DNA of 64,000 bases from Anthoceros angustus (Eukaryota; Plantae; Anthocerotophyta), in NCBI GenBank assembly GCA_010909165.1, contig VJWM01000126.1, positions 62,001 through 126,000 on the forward strand, in the 5' to 3' direction. The notes under the pieces were generated by a model. It did no database searches and had not been told where the DNA came from. It saw only the letters and a program-made list of their open reading frames with translations. Position 1 is the first letter of the stretch; each line of letters begins with the position of its first letter. The position numbers and the translations under genes are program-made. Positions 11,148 through 22,378 of the stretch are shown here, piece by piece.

Positions 11148-11734
11148 AGAGCAATGTGAAATAATGTTTTCACCTTGTGCATGAAACCAATGTTATATTA
11201 CTTTTCTGTGATAAAAAAGTAAAAGATATTTTTATACTCTTAATATTTCTTGATATTGTTAGCAATATGGAAGATTTGGTGTATCTAGAAGTTTTACTTT
11301 TTATTAAATTTTCAATAATCTAGATAAAAATAATTTAAATAAAAAAAGAGAATCCATAATTACATATATACAACATACGTATCGTACTAGTTATCATTAG
11401 AGAATGGTCAAAGACTTCATAGTTTCATCTTAAATGACTTCAATATAGTGTAAGTTTTTTTTAGCATTTGCTTATTTAGTTTTGCTTTCTCATATAGCAT
11501 GGAGTTACCCAGCTGATTTTATTCCCTGTGCATGTAACTTAGTTTTATATCAATGATCTTTTTTATTTATTTTTTATCATATTTCTAAGTGTCTTTTGAA
11601 GAAACCATTGTGAGCCACCCAATGAGAATCGTTGAGCATTCTCTTTTTCTTGAGAGTGTTTTTGGGAGGCCTCGTGGTGAAAAAAGTCATGCTTTCAAAA
11701 CTATTGAAGGATCCCCAATTCTTTTTCGTCCAAA

Positions 11735-11845
11735 CATGCATGGATTAATGTTCCAAATTGTTCACCTCCGAATTGTACTCATCTCTGCTGCACATGCATG
11801 GATTAATGTTCCAAATTGCTCACCTCCAAATTGTACTCATCTCTA
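11735..11845. repeat. ~58-bp tandem duplication
   Basis: CATGCATGGATTAATGTTCCAAATTG...GTACTCATCTCT occurs twice. Confidence 0.85.
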
Positions 11846-12359
11846 CTGCACTGTACAACATGCAAACGAACATAGTTAAAAAATTGCGATCATGTTCAAT
11901 TGAGCTTGGAGAAATTTGGTTGGGCATGTGCATGTGACAAAGAAGTCATATACTGGACTACCAAGCCTCCATAGCTTGATTATCATGAAAGAAGAAGAAA
12001 TAACTATGAGATATACATTTATAGGTGAGAAGTGTAAAGCCTCGTCACTTGTGATCATAAAAAAAAGAAAAAATAATTATGAGATATATATTTATACATC
12101 AATCTTTCACTAGATATATTTTTTTTCTCTCCAAGTTACATGTTGTGATGAAATTGATTAAATATTATTTTTTAATCATAATGTTTTTGGCAATTCTCTG
12201 GTGAGTAAGTTTACTTAGACATATCAATACTTGCATAAGAGAGAGACTCTGCTCTCGTTATTTCTAACCAGCCTTAGAAAGAATTTAAACCCCTAATGGA
12301 CAAAGGGGTTTCCTCCATTTTTTTCGGTCGATAATTGTTAGATAATATGGGAGGCGCTT

Positions 12360-12700
12360 GCAAACGAAGAGAATGTTGAAGCTAGAGTGCAAATGAATCA
12401 TTGAGATGAATCATTTGCAATCGAAGAGAATATTGAAGCTAGGGTGCGGATGAATCAGTGAGATGAATCAGTTGCAAGCCAATGAAAGAGAATGTTGAAA
12501 CGAGGGTGCACTTGAAACACTTACAAAAGAAGAGAATGTTGAAGCTAGGGTGGAGATAGATGAATGAGTGAGATGAATCAGTTGCAAAAGAAGAAAATGT
12601 TGAAGCTAAAGTGTAGATAGATGAATTGGTGAGATGAATGAGTTGTAAAAGAAAACTATTGAAAGTAGGGTGCACATAGATGAATCAATAAGATGAATGC
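12360..12700. repeat. Degenerate ~50-56-bp minisatellite, copy 2
   Basis: Same core as 4410-4760, in the same position upstream of the second RING gene. Confidence 0.85.
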
Positions 12701-13095
12701 ATTGGTATATACCTAAACTAAAATATGACGTGAGCTGAGTGCATAGGGCTCACCATAGTTTGCCCGTTTATATTTTATTTTAACCAAGAATGTATACACA
12801 ACTTTACAGCACGATTTAATAATGCAGCTCATCACGAGAGCAGTGCGCTGGTTTGTATGGCATACCCCGTTCCCGTTGGATATTTTATATTCCATATTCG
12901 ATCATCAAGGCCAGCCGCCAACGTGGGACGATGCCTCGGTACCCTGCCCTTGCTTTAGGGTATAGCAACGCTTGCTCTTATTATAAATACGCTCCCATGT
13001 GTGTCTCAAAGTCATTCTCATCCAACCAACTTGTCTTCCACCTCCGCATGCAAGGGAGCGTGAACGCACTTGGGTCTGCAAGCTGGTAGCGAAGA

Positions 13096-14293
13096 ATGGC
13101 GGGACGTGTGGAAGTCGCCAGGCCAGTTATAGCAGCTGAGGTATGCACAGAGGCCGAGCTAGCTATGAAGAAGCTGCAGGCTAGGCTACCCAAGGTAGTT
13201 GAGAAGGCTCCGAGGGCGGCTAGGCTGGCTAGGCTGGCTAGGCTCGCTGAGGAGGAGGGTAGGCGCGCTGAGTACCAGGCTTGGCTGGCTGATGAGGAGG
13301 CTAGACAGGCTGAGGAGATGGCTAGGCTGGCTGAGGATCCGGAGGAGAACACGCAGGCTAAGGAGGAGGCTATGCTGGCTGCGGACCTGAGGCGGGTGTC
13401 CGACAAGGAGCTGGAGGAGAGGCTCCAGGAGCAGGAAGGATTTTTGTGGTGTGCGTCCGCGATATTGAAGTTGTCGGCCTTCGTCAGGCAAACCAGAAAC
13501 GATTCGGCAGACGTGCTCGCGAATGCCGCATGGAGGAAGACGCAGGCCATAAGCAAGATCCGCGTGATGCACAACGAGCGCAATGAGCGGGAGCGCAGTC
13601 AGGAGCAGAGAGCTGAGCCTCCAGGTTTAGAGATCCTCATGCAAAACCGACTCCGACTTCGGAGGAGAGACCAATTTGCCATTAAACGTGTGCTTGCCTT
13701 GTGCAGAATTGGGGAATCTAGGCGATGCGCCGGGGGCCACGGGGTGCGGGGGGAGTGCCTGTATGCAGGCGGCGTCGCTTGTGGTGGGGGAAGCGCTCGA
13801 GGACCGGCAATGCAGTGACTGGGTAAAAGGGATATCGCTGAAGATGGAGGGGTTTGCTGTACGCGCGTCCACCGGCATGAGCTTGCCACAGATTTTGGAG
13901 GAGGAGAAGGAGAAGGTGAGGAAGAAAGAGAGGGAGGCAAGGGATGCCGCTGTACATGTCCCTGCCCAGCTGCGGAGGCTGGAGGAGGAGAACGCCGAGC
14001 TGCGAAAGGGTATAGCCTTTGCACGAAGGGATGCGCTGACCCGTAGGAATACGCATCGGAATCAGATTGCGGAACTTGAGTCCGAGAGGGACACACTGCG
14101 TGAGGACCTGGAGGCAGAGCAGGAGAAGAGTATGTGCAAGGTCTGCTATGTGGAGCCCAGGAACAGCGTCGTCTTACCTTGCTTTCATTTCCTGTTGTGC
14201 AAGTCGTGCATGAAGCGGGCCCGGGACCGTACCATTCCTTGCCCTACTTGCAGAGTCCGCATCACCGGATCAATGGCAGTGTTCGTGTCATAG
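13096..14293 (+). pseudogene. Close paralog of the 5040-6227 coiled-coil RING gene, split by a +1 frameshift near 13685 (pseudogene or sequencing error)
   Basis: ORFs 13096-13818 and 13676-14293 together reproduce the 395-aa protein. ATTAAACGTG here vs ATTAACATG in copy 1. Confidence 0.8.
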
Positions 14294-14304
14294 TGAAGTG
14301 AAGA

Positions 14305-15180
14305 GAAATCTGCACAAGCAAGTGAAGAGCTAAGCAGTGAGGAGAGAGGAATTTTTCACCTTGTCCTGTATAGGCTTGCTGCTTCTCCCTGGCTTTATCT
14401 AGGAGCTGATTGATAAGGTAGCTATGAACAAAGGCAATCAGTTTGCTGACATTCCAATAATTGTACCGGTGCGACCTAGAAGCAGAGCAGAAGAAAAGTC
14501 TGTGCTTGGTCTGCCTCGTGGAGGCCAGGAACACCATCTTCCTTGCCATATCTAGGAGCTGGTTGATAAGGTAGTATGAACAAAGGCAATCAGGTTTGGG
14601 TTTGCTGACATTCCAATAATTGTACCGGTGCGACCTAGTGCTTGGTCTGCCTCGTGGAGGCAAGGAACACCTTCTTCTTTTGGGAATCTCTTAAAAGGAT
14701 TCTTGGTTAGAGCCAGGAATAAAAGATACCTTGCAACTGTGTGGAATACTCGGGGTGTCTGAGCGTCAATCTCGATTCGAACCCACTACGTTGTATTCTA
14801 GGTCAGAATGCGTGAAAGGTGAGCATACTGGGCTCTGCATCGCGGCTGCCAAGGAATGGCGGGTGAGAAGGAGGGTAACCTGGCTGAGGACCTGATGCTG
14901 CTGAGCGGCGGTCCTGCGAGGAGCAGTCTGGGCCAGGGAAAGAAGAGGCAAGCGACAAGAGTAGACATTTAAGGGACCATGCAACAAACGGGGAGAAATT
15001 AAAAGAAAAGAAAAATTCACCTTGTCCTCTATAGCTGCCTGCGGCTCCTTCCAGCTAGTCTTGGTACAGACTGGTTTTTCCTCTTCCTTCCAGCTAGTCT
15101 TGGTACAGACTGGTATTTACGGGAAAGCTGGTTGATCAAGGTAGCTATGAACAAAGGTAGACAAGTTTGCTGACATTGGC
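14305..15180 (+). other. Patchwork of short gene fragments: repeated module X, RING-codon fragments of the 8956-9885 type, and a degenerate coiled-coil-RING 5' end
   Basis: About 14478-14548 and 14637-14675 match the reverse complement of about 9070-9140 (AEQKKSLCLVCLVEARNTIFL). They are interleaved with copies of ATCTAGGAGCTG.TTGATAAGGTAGCTATGAACAAAGGCAATCAG. Confidence 0.7.
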
Positions 15181-15199
15181 CTATCGTCCACACGATTAA

Positions 15200-16800
15200 T
15201 TCTTTCCAGAATTTGGGAACCCGAGAGGTCGCTTACAGACGCAGAGCCTGTTTACCCTGATCTTGAAACTGTAGCGTGCAATATTGCAGCCCAAGTGACA
15301 ATATCGCGCTGCACCATTTCTTGCTTCTGACGCAAAATGAAGTCGAAGTGGACCATTCCAGCATCGAAGCTTTAGGGTCTGTTGCCCACCACTCAATGGA
15401 AGAGACGGTCGTCGACAAGATACGTGTCCAGATGATGGCATTTGTGCATTAAGCTGCCAACATTTAGCCCTGCGAACATCCTGCCTATCAGGAGTAATCA
15501 GAGGTCGTGGATGGGCAGGACATCAAAGTAACCTGTCTGGAAAAGGGAAAGAGGGTCAACGTCGAAGCTGCTTGTGAGTACTTCGATTCAAATGTGTCTG
15601 TTGGTAACACTTTTTGTTGCTTGTTTGTTGGTATTGACATGTATACTAAATGTGGAAGCTGGTTAGATGCCCATTACGAGCTGAACACCCTGTCTCACCG
15701 CACTGGAGGCGCTCTTAGCAGTTTCTATCCATGAAGTCTTTTGTCCAGCAAGTAATCAGCTGGCATCGGTATCATGCAGAAGGGGTTTGGGAAATTCTCC
15801 ATTGTGATCTTTACCCTGAAGAAATTCTCAAAGGTGGCCTTAACCCTGAACTCTTTGCCAGGCCTGATGCTTACATGCATGCTGAATGTGGCAGCAGGGT
15901 GGACTCGAGCAGCATGTATTTAATAAATGACCCACATACTCTTGCAGGCTCAAGAGTGAATGAACCACCTGCATACTTTCCTCAGTGTTCTAAGAATGGA
16001 CTTGTGCAAATAGTGCGGTAGGATAGGATGAGATATGTATCAGGGTGTTCGCTCGATATGACGATGCTTTTGAAAGCCCGTCATATTCTAGGACATACTA
16101 GCCGTACCATATGCGGATTGTTTCTCACGCTGAGGTCAGTTTTCAAATACATGGTGTGCGTCCACCATGCTGCCACAATCAGCATACATGTAAGCAAGAG
16201 CCCAGGGAAACAATTCAGGCTGAAGGCCACATTAAAGACTCTATTTGTGAATTTCGCGGGACATTCGTGTCGACCAGATAGTTACCAATCACATTAGAAC
16301 GTGGTGCTGCCAGCAACTGGCAACACTTCCTCCCTCGAAAATCGAATGATTCCCGAAAGAAATGAAGCAGTAAACCCATCACTAACTCTGTTCACAAAAC
16401 ACCAGGGCAAAACGCTGCACAGGAAAGAAATATCCTCACCATTCAGCAGTCCAATATTGCAGGCCTACTCCGTACGAGCAACTGCGTGGACAACCCCACT
16501 GTGACATGATTATCTTGTACAGACAGCATTGAGATCTCACCGGTACCTGACATGAATCGGCCGCCCTAGACAAACGCACAGTAACGACTACATCACTTGT
16601 CATCGATGAAACAACCTCTCCTGGCAACACCATCAAACCCCCTGCGAGCATCCCTCAAGCTCCCACATTCTCCATAGAGCCATGACGCCCATTCACGATC
16701 CTGCACACGCGCCAAGCTCTGGCTTGTCCGGAGAGCTCGAATTGGAAGGCGACGCACCATGGCCCATCTGAATATCCAAAGAAACCAGCTGCCCATCAAC
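15200..16800. pseudogene. Decayed PLS-class PPR gene, copy B; mainly minus strand with an internal inversion (about 15270-15935)
   Basis: Minus: YGECGSLRDARRGFDGV (16593-16802 ORF) and AYMYADCGSMVDAHHVF. Plus: LEKGKRV..DSNVSVGNT..DMYTKCGS and AYMHAECGS. 15935-16470 is colinear with 7060-7585. Confidence 0.8.
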
Positions 16801-17525
16801 ACAACATGCCTTGGGCAAGCGGTTTAACCACCGAACCTACCCTTACGCTGGAAGGCCAAACGAACGCGAGTGCCATATCCGAGGTGTGTGAGTGTACCAT
16901 TTTATCGAAGGTGCTTTGGAATGCAAGAGTGCAAGCTGTGAAGATACTAAGAGTGCTAAATGAGAAGCCTCAAAGCAATCCTACAATTCAACTGAAGAAA
17001 AGGAAAGGTCTTCTATCGGACCTCCTCTATATCTTTTCTCTTTAACCTTCTTTATAGTTATTCTTAAATATAAAAAAACAATAATAATTTTTCAATATAT
17101 GAATAATATTATATCATTTTTATACACTAAATAATATAAAACCCTAAATTTAAATTAATTAATAAAATATTATTATATAAAATAAATACTATGACAAGTG
17201 TTGACTTTGAATGATATGGATTAGAAACAATCAACTATTATCAAACAATATAAGAGTCAGACGTTGGGCCGTCTCTGGCCAACGCTTTCTATACCGTACA
17301 GCAGAAAGGTGGGATTGGGCCCACGACAGTTTTACTTGTTACACGGCCAATGTTTCATGTACCATAGAGAATGTGTGTGCATACGTTGTATAAAAAAAAT
17401 CAGAGAGTGGCAGGTGCTATGTACATTCTGTCAGTGCGCAGTGAATCACGCAGCGAGTCGCGATTCGCGCGACTCGCGACTCGCGAGCTATTCTACCGAG
17501 AGGAGACAAGGAAGTTGCTAATGCC

Positions 17526-19181
17526 TTGCATGGACGGCCAGGATTGGCAGGCCGATTGCTCCGGGATGCCAGCCGGGAAGCCGCAAAATTCCTTCATCGG
17601 GCGAACGTTGCCTGCTGCGAGGAGGAGCCGGGGCAAATCGAGGAGGAGCCGGGGCAGATGGGGTGGAGGCGGACGGGAGCAGCCTGCGGCTGCGGCCGGT
17701 GCAGACCAAGCCCAGGAAAGAAGGCAAGGAATCCAAGGCAAGTGTTGGGCGGGAGGGATCGGGGCTCGCCCTTGGAGCAGGAGGCGGTGACGCCGGCGGG
17801 GAGGCTGTTTCTCAATCCCAACTTCTGCTGCACCATCTTCTGCGTGCTGGGCTTCGAGCGGGTGGTGGATCTGGGGGCCTTCAGGCGCACGGTGGGGGAG
17901 ACGCTGGCCAAGCACAAGAGATTCTGCAGCCTGCCGGTCGCGGGGAGGCGGGGAAGCGAGCACTGGAAGAGGGTGGAGGTGAGGGTGGAGGACCATGTGG
18001 TGCTCGCGGAGCTACCGGACGCCCAGGCCCGGTCGCCACGCGTGGTGGAGGATTTCGTGGCCGACCTCTCCATCGGGGCTGAGCTCGACCGGTCGCGGCC
18101 GCTATGGGATGTGCACGTCTTGAACTACCGGTCGGGGTTGGGGGAAGCGTGTGCCGTGTTCCGGATCCATCATTCTCTCGGGGATGGAGTGTCGCTGATG
18201 TCGCTCCTCGTGGCGTGCACCAGGCGGGTAGGGCACCCGGAGAGCTTGCCCGCCGTGCCAGTGCCCGCAGCTTCGACGAAGAGGGCGGAGACTTGGTGGG
18301 CGGTATTGTGGAAATTGCTGGTGGTGTTGTGGAATACGGTGGTGGAGGTGAGCAAATTTGCGGCTATGAGTTCCTTCGTGGGCGATGATAAGACGGCCAT
18401 AAAGGGGTATGCCGGGGTGGAGAAGCTGCCGAAGCGGATTGTGGTTGGGGAGGTTAGTTTGCAGGAGATGCGGGATGTGAAGGTGGCTGTGGGGGGGACG
18501 GTGAATGATGTGTTGTTGGGGATGGTGGGGATGGGGCTGAGGAAGTATCTGCTGCTGCAGGCGAGGAAGGAGAAGGGGATTGGGCAGGAGGGGGATGATC
18601 TGACGCTGCCGAAGAGGATGAGAGTTCGGGCTTTGGCTTTGGTGAATACTAGGAAAAGCCCTGGGTTGCAGGAGATGGCGGAGATGATGAAGGGGTCTGG
18701 TTCGAAGGCCAGGTGGGGGAACCATTTGGGGTACCTGCTGATTCCCGTTCCTCTGGATGACTATGCCAGTGCTCTGGATTATGTGCGGGCTGCCAAGGAG
18801 ATCGGGGACCGGAAAAAGGCTTCGTTGGAAGGTCCCTTCACCTATGCCAGTGGGTCTCTGCTCATCAAGCTCGGAGGGCCCGAGGCTGCTGCCAAGTTCA
18901 CTTACAGGTCGTGCATACAGACTTCCCTCTCCATCTCCAATATGATGGGGCCAACTGAGGAGGTGATGTTTGGGGACAATCCTGTCACCACCATTGTCCC
19001 TACTGTCACCGGGCATCCCCACACCCTGTGTTTCCATCTGCAGAGTTACGCTGGCAAGGTGAGGCTTGTGGTGACTGTAGTGGAGTCCATCATCCCTGAC
19101 CCAGAAACCATGTTGCAGTGCTGTGTTGAGGCGCTGCACGTGATGAAGAAGGAGGCCTTGGCTCCTCCTTCGAGCAAGTAG
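17526..19181 (+). CDS. Wax ester synthase/diacylglycerol acyltransferase (WSD1-like), single exon, up to 551 aa
   Basis: Catalytic HHSLGDG (HHxxxDG) motif plus SRPLWDVHVLN, GTVNDV, RWGNHLGY and SNMMGP. The true start codon is uncertain. Confidence 0.93.
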   Translation: MHGRPGLAGRLLRDASREAAKFLHRANVACCEEEPGQIEEEPGQMGWRRTGAACGCGRCRPSPGKKARNPRQVLGGRDRGSPLEQEAVTPAGRLFLNPNFCCTIFCVLGFERVVDLGAFRRTVGETLAKHKRFCSLPVAGRRGSEHWKRVEVRVEDHVVLAELPDAQARSPRVVEDFVADLSIGAELDRSRPLWDVHVLNYRSGLGEACAVFRIHHSLGDGVSLMSLLVACTRRVGHPESLPAVPVPAASTKRAETWWAVLWKLLVVLWNTVVEVSKFAAMSSFVGDDKTAIKGYAGVEKLPKRIVVGEVSLQEMRDVKVAVGGTVNDVLLGMVGMGLRKYLLLQARKEKGIGQEGDDLTLPKRMRVRALALVNTRKSPGLQEMAEMMKGSGSKARWGNHLGYLLIPVPLDDYASALDYVRAAKEIGDRKKASLEGPFTYASGSLLIKLGGPEAAAKFTYRSCIQTSLSISNMMGPTEEVMFGDNPVTTIVPTVTGHPHTLCFHLQSYAGKVRLVVTVVESIIPDPETMLQCCVEALHVMKKEALAPPSSK

Positions 19182-19268
19182 GGTTTTCTTCCTCCTATCG
19201 CCGTGTAGTGATTCATGGGAGAGACGCGATCCAGTCTCTCCCGACCTGAAGTGTGGGGCGATCAGATC

Positions 19269-19390
19269 CTAACGAATTCAGTATCTGCACTGTACGATAG
19301 CCCGGCGTCCCTACGTCTTCTCTCCCAAGCTAACGAATTCAGTGTCTGCACTAAACGATAGCCCCGCGTGCCTACGTCTACTCTCCCAAG
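19269..19390. repeat. 61-bp tandem duplication
   Basis: CTAACGAATTCAGT...CTCTCCCAAG occurs twice. Confidence 0.9.
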
Positions 19391-19530
19391 CGAGCGTGCG
19401 AAATCCTCCGTGGCATCCCCATCGCCTTCCCATAGCCTCGCTATACATCCCACGTGCATCGCCTTCCCATAGTATTTTTCATTTTCTTTCCTCGCCATTC
19501 CTCCTACCATGCTCCTCCTCCCAAATGGTT

Positions 19531-19691
19531 CCTCCTAGCAATTCTTCTCCTCCTAGCAATTCTTCTCCTCCAGCAATTCTTCTCCTCCTAGCAATTCTTC
19601 TCCTCCTAGCAATTCTTCTCCTCCCAGCAATTCTTCTCCTCCCAGCAATTCTTCTCCTCCCAGCAATTCTTCTCCTCCTAGCAACTCTTCT
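19531..19691 (+). repeat. 18-bp tandem array, 9 units (CCTCCYAGCAATTCTTCT); the third unit is 17 bp
   Basis: Directly visible. Reads (PPSNSS)n in one frame. Confidence 0.92.
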
Positions 19692-20089
19692 CCTCCCGAA
19701 TGGTTCTTCCTACCAATCCTCCTCCTCCCGAATGGCGGCGAATACCCTGCCGGCGCGCCAGTTGCAACCCTACGGTGCGCCGGGTCTTGCAACTGTGCGG
19801 GGGTCTTACAACCGTGCACGCCATACTTCTGCAGACATGTTGGTTTCAAACAGCCAGGGGAGCTATCAAAGGGTGTGTGGGAAGGCGCCCCAGGCGAATT
19901 GAGGATGATCTGACATGGTATGTCATTCCATACACAAAGGATGCGTATGGGAAGGATATAGGGCAGCCATGGGCATGACGTGCCCTCCGCGACGTCACGC
20001 ATTCATCGCTTCGGAGATTGAGACGAAGACGTGCTGTGCAGTGCGAGCTGACAAGATGGCTGCTGCTGGGACATGGAATCGCATGTGAT

Positions 20090-22378
20090 TCATCTGTCGA
20101 CGTCGTAGAACTCTATGGTCTTGTACTTTTGAGATATTAACTCTGCCTGCACCTTTCGCGCGGTGTCGGTGGCACAGCCAACCAGGATCAGGATAGAAGT
20201 TCCTGCGAATCCTCGGAAGGCTGTCAAGTGTGTCACGCCTTCCACGGCTGCTGGGGCTGCAGCCATGACGCCCAGAAATGCTGACCCAAGCACTGATATC
20301 CGGGCTAGTACCTGGAAGGAAGGAAGGAAGGAAGCAAGCAAGAGTCATCAAACGGGGGAGCAACTCTGCCAAAATGGAAAGGGAAGGAGGCACTAGGCTC
20401 AGTTGGTGATGACAGCATCATCCTTACATTCGTGATGTAGGTGGCAGTAGCCTTTCCAGGTCGAACGGAGGGGATGGAAGCCCCTTGTCGTTTCAGCTGG
20501 TCACTCACATCATTTGGGTCCAGTTGCAGAAAGGTGTAGAAGTAGTTGAAGAAAGCGATCAGCAGCACATTTGTAGGAATGTAGAAGGGACCTGCAAATC
20601 GACAGGGACTGTGAACCACCAGAATATGGAGCTCTGCCGCAGCTCAAGTAGAAAAGTTTGAACCGTACCACCAGGATATAATGCAATAGCGACGTCCTTC
20701 AAAGCTGCCACACCAGTGAATCTTGCCACAGAGCCAGGAATTGAGAGCAGCGAGGTTGAGAAGATGATAGGCATGACTCCGGAGCTGTTCACCTGAGTAA
20801 GCAGCACACCAACTACTGTTTAGCGCTCCGGGTTTCACTCAAACTTGTTACCTACCGAGCATGGTACTGCTTAATCACACAAGAAGTTACAAACCTTGAA
20901 GGGAAGGTAAGCTGATTTGCGGAGTCCTCCACGAAAGCTGTATCTCTGAGCATAGTTAAGAGGAATCTTTCTCTCCGCTTCCTGTCTTTCCAGAAACCAA
21001 TCTCTCATCAATTTGGCAGTACTAGAAACTCCAACACGGTGTCCAGCAAGAAAGCAAAAATGATTCATACCTGGACATAGACAATGCCCAATACGAGCAG
21101 GAAAAATGATGCTGCAATACCAGCCAGCCCAGCATAGTTGTTCTCGTCCAAGGCTTGAACCACAGTCCTTCCGATGGACGCAGGTAGGTAGGAGACAATG
21201 TTGGTGAAAATGAGAAGAGACGTCCCATTCCCTAGCTTAAGCTCCGAGATGATCTCAGCAATCCAGACAGTGGCCATTGCACCCAGAGTCAACAAGGAGA
21301 CGGAACTAAATGCCCACTGAGGGCTGAAGTCTATCACATACGGCTTGATGTAGGATATCTGTCCAATGGCCTGCAACAGGAAAAACACATCCCTCAAAGT
21401 CTCCATGATACATGCCTTTTGCACTTGGAAACGGTCATGCAGGAGGATGATGTTACCTGAACAACGGCGAATCCAGCTGCAGCGTACTGTGTCCATTTTT
21501 TAACCTTGTTCCTCCCAGCCTCTCCTTCCTTTCTCTGGAGTTCCTGAAGTTTAGGATAAAGAGTCCCTAGCAGCTGAAACACGATCTGAGCATTGATGTA
21601 CGGCACTATACCCAGAGATGAAATTCCAAGCCGTCCAATTCCACCTCCAGAGAAGGAATCCAGAGTACCTAGCAAGCTGCTCTGATCAATACTTCCAGCG
21701 AACGCTGCCCTATCCACCCCAAACAATGGTATGTATGTCCCGACCCGAGACAAGACTAGTAATCCCAGCAGTTGCAAGAATTTCCCAGGCAGCTGACCCT
21801 TGAAAAAGTCGCCTACATCAATAGAACTGTCCTCAATAGCGGCTGTTTCATAACAGAACGGATGTCAGCCACTCCCATTCTTCCACAACAACAGGGAAGC
21901 GATTAGTAACAAGCTTGACAGATCTCTACTCACCTGCAGCGCCTTTTGTTGACGGCTTGCCTCCTACGGCTTTCATCACCATCTCCACAACAGCTTCCCA
22001 CTCACTCCGAAATCGTGAAGGAGAACCTTCCCCTATCTCAAGAGGATCAAATTGCCAGTCTCCACTCTCTTGTTTAGTCCTGTCAAGAACATCATTCCAC
22101 CCATCACGTTCATACCCGCGCCTGGACGCCTATACGAGAATTATATGAACGCTCTGAGCAAGACTTCAGTACCTGTGCGTCGCAGGCTTGAAGGAAGGCA
22201 GAGATGAGGGGAACCTAAACGCGGAATCGCCCAGCGACCATGTCCTTCTCCTTGAATCTGCAGCAAGTGCTGCTCTGCAGCCTTGCACTCCGACCCTCCT
22301 TCCTCCAGTCAGCTGAGGCCCCAGCCTGACTCTCAATCCCCACAGACCACACCCAGAGCAAGTCTGCACCAGCGCCAT
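20090..22378 (-). CDS. SCY1: Plastid preprotein translocase subunit SecY (SCY1-like), 8 exons, ~544 aa
   Basis: Exons 22378-22173, 22079-21934, 21842-21457, 21370-21071, 20981-20895, 20792-20669, 20591-20428 and 20311-20090, all GT-AG and phase-consistent. Motifs SLGIVPYINAQIVFQLL, LGNGTSLLIF, GVMPIIFS and GTSILILVG, with a transit-peptide-like N-terminus. Confidence 0.96.

Noticed and set aside
14766-14800. tRNA or SINE (minus-strand GGTTCGAATC)
   Set aside because: Only a B-box-like word; no cloverleaf or convincing A-box.
4136-14861. One giant TIR transposon bounded by the inverted 4136-4275 / 14680-14861 homology
   Set aside because: No transposase or target-site duplication is seen, one arm has a ~50-bp indel, and the paralogous block continues past 14861. 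Inverted paralogous gene 5' ends explain it better.
4928-19139. Long antisense ORFs (4928-5812, 9329-9904, 12981-13583, 18102-19139)
   Set aside because: Shadows of GC-rich sense genes, with no motifs.
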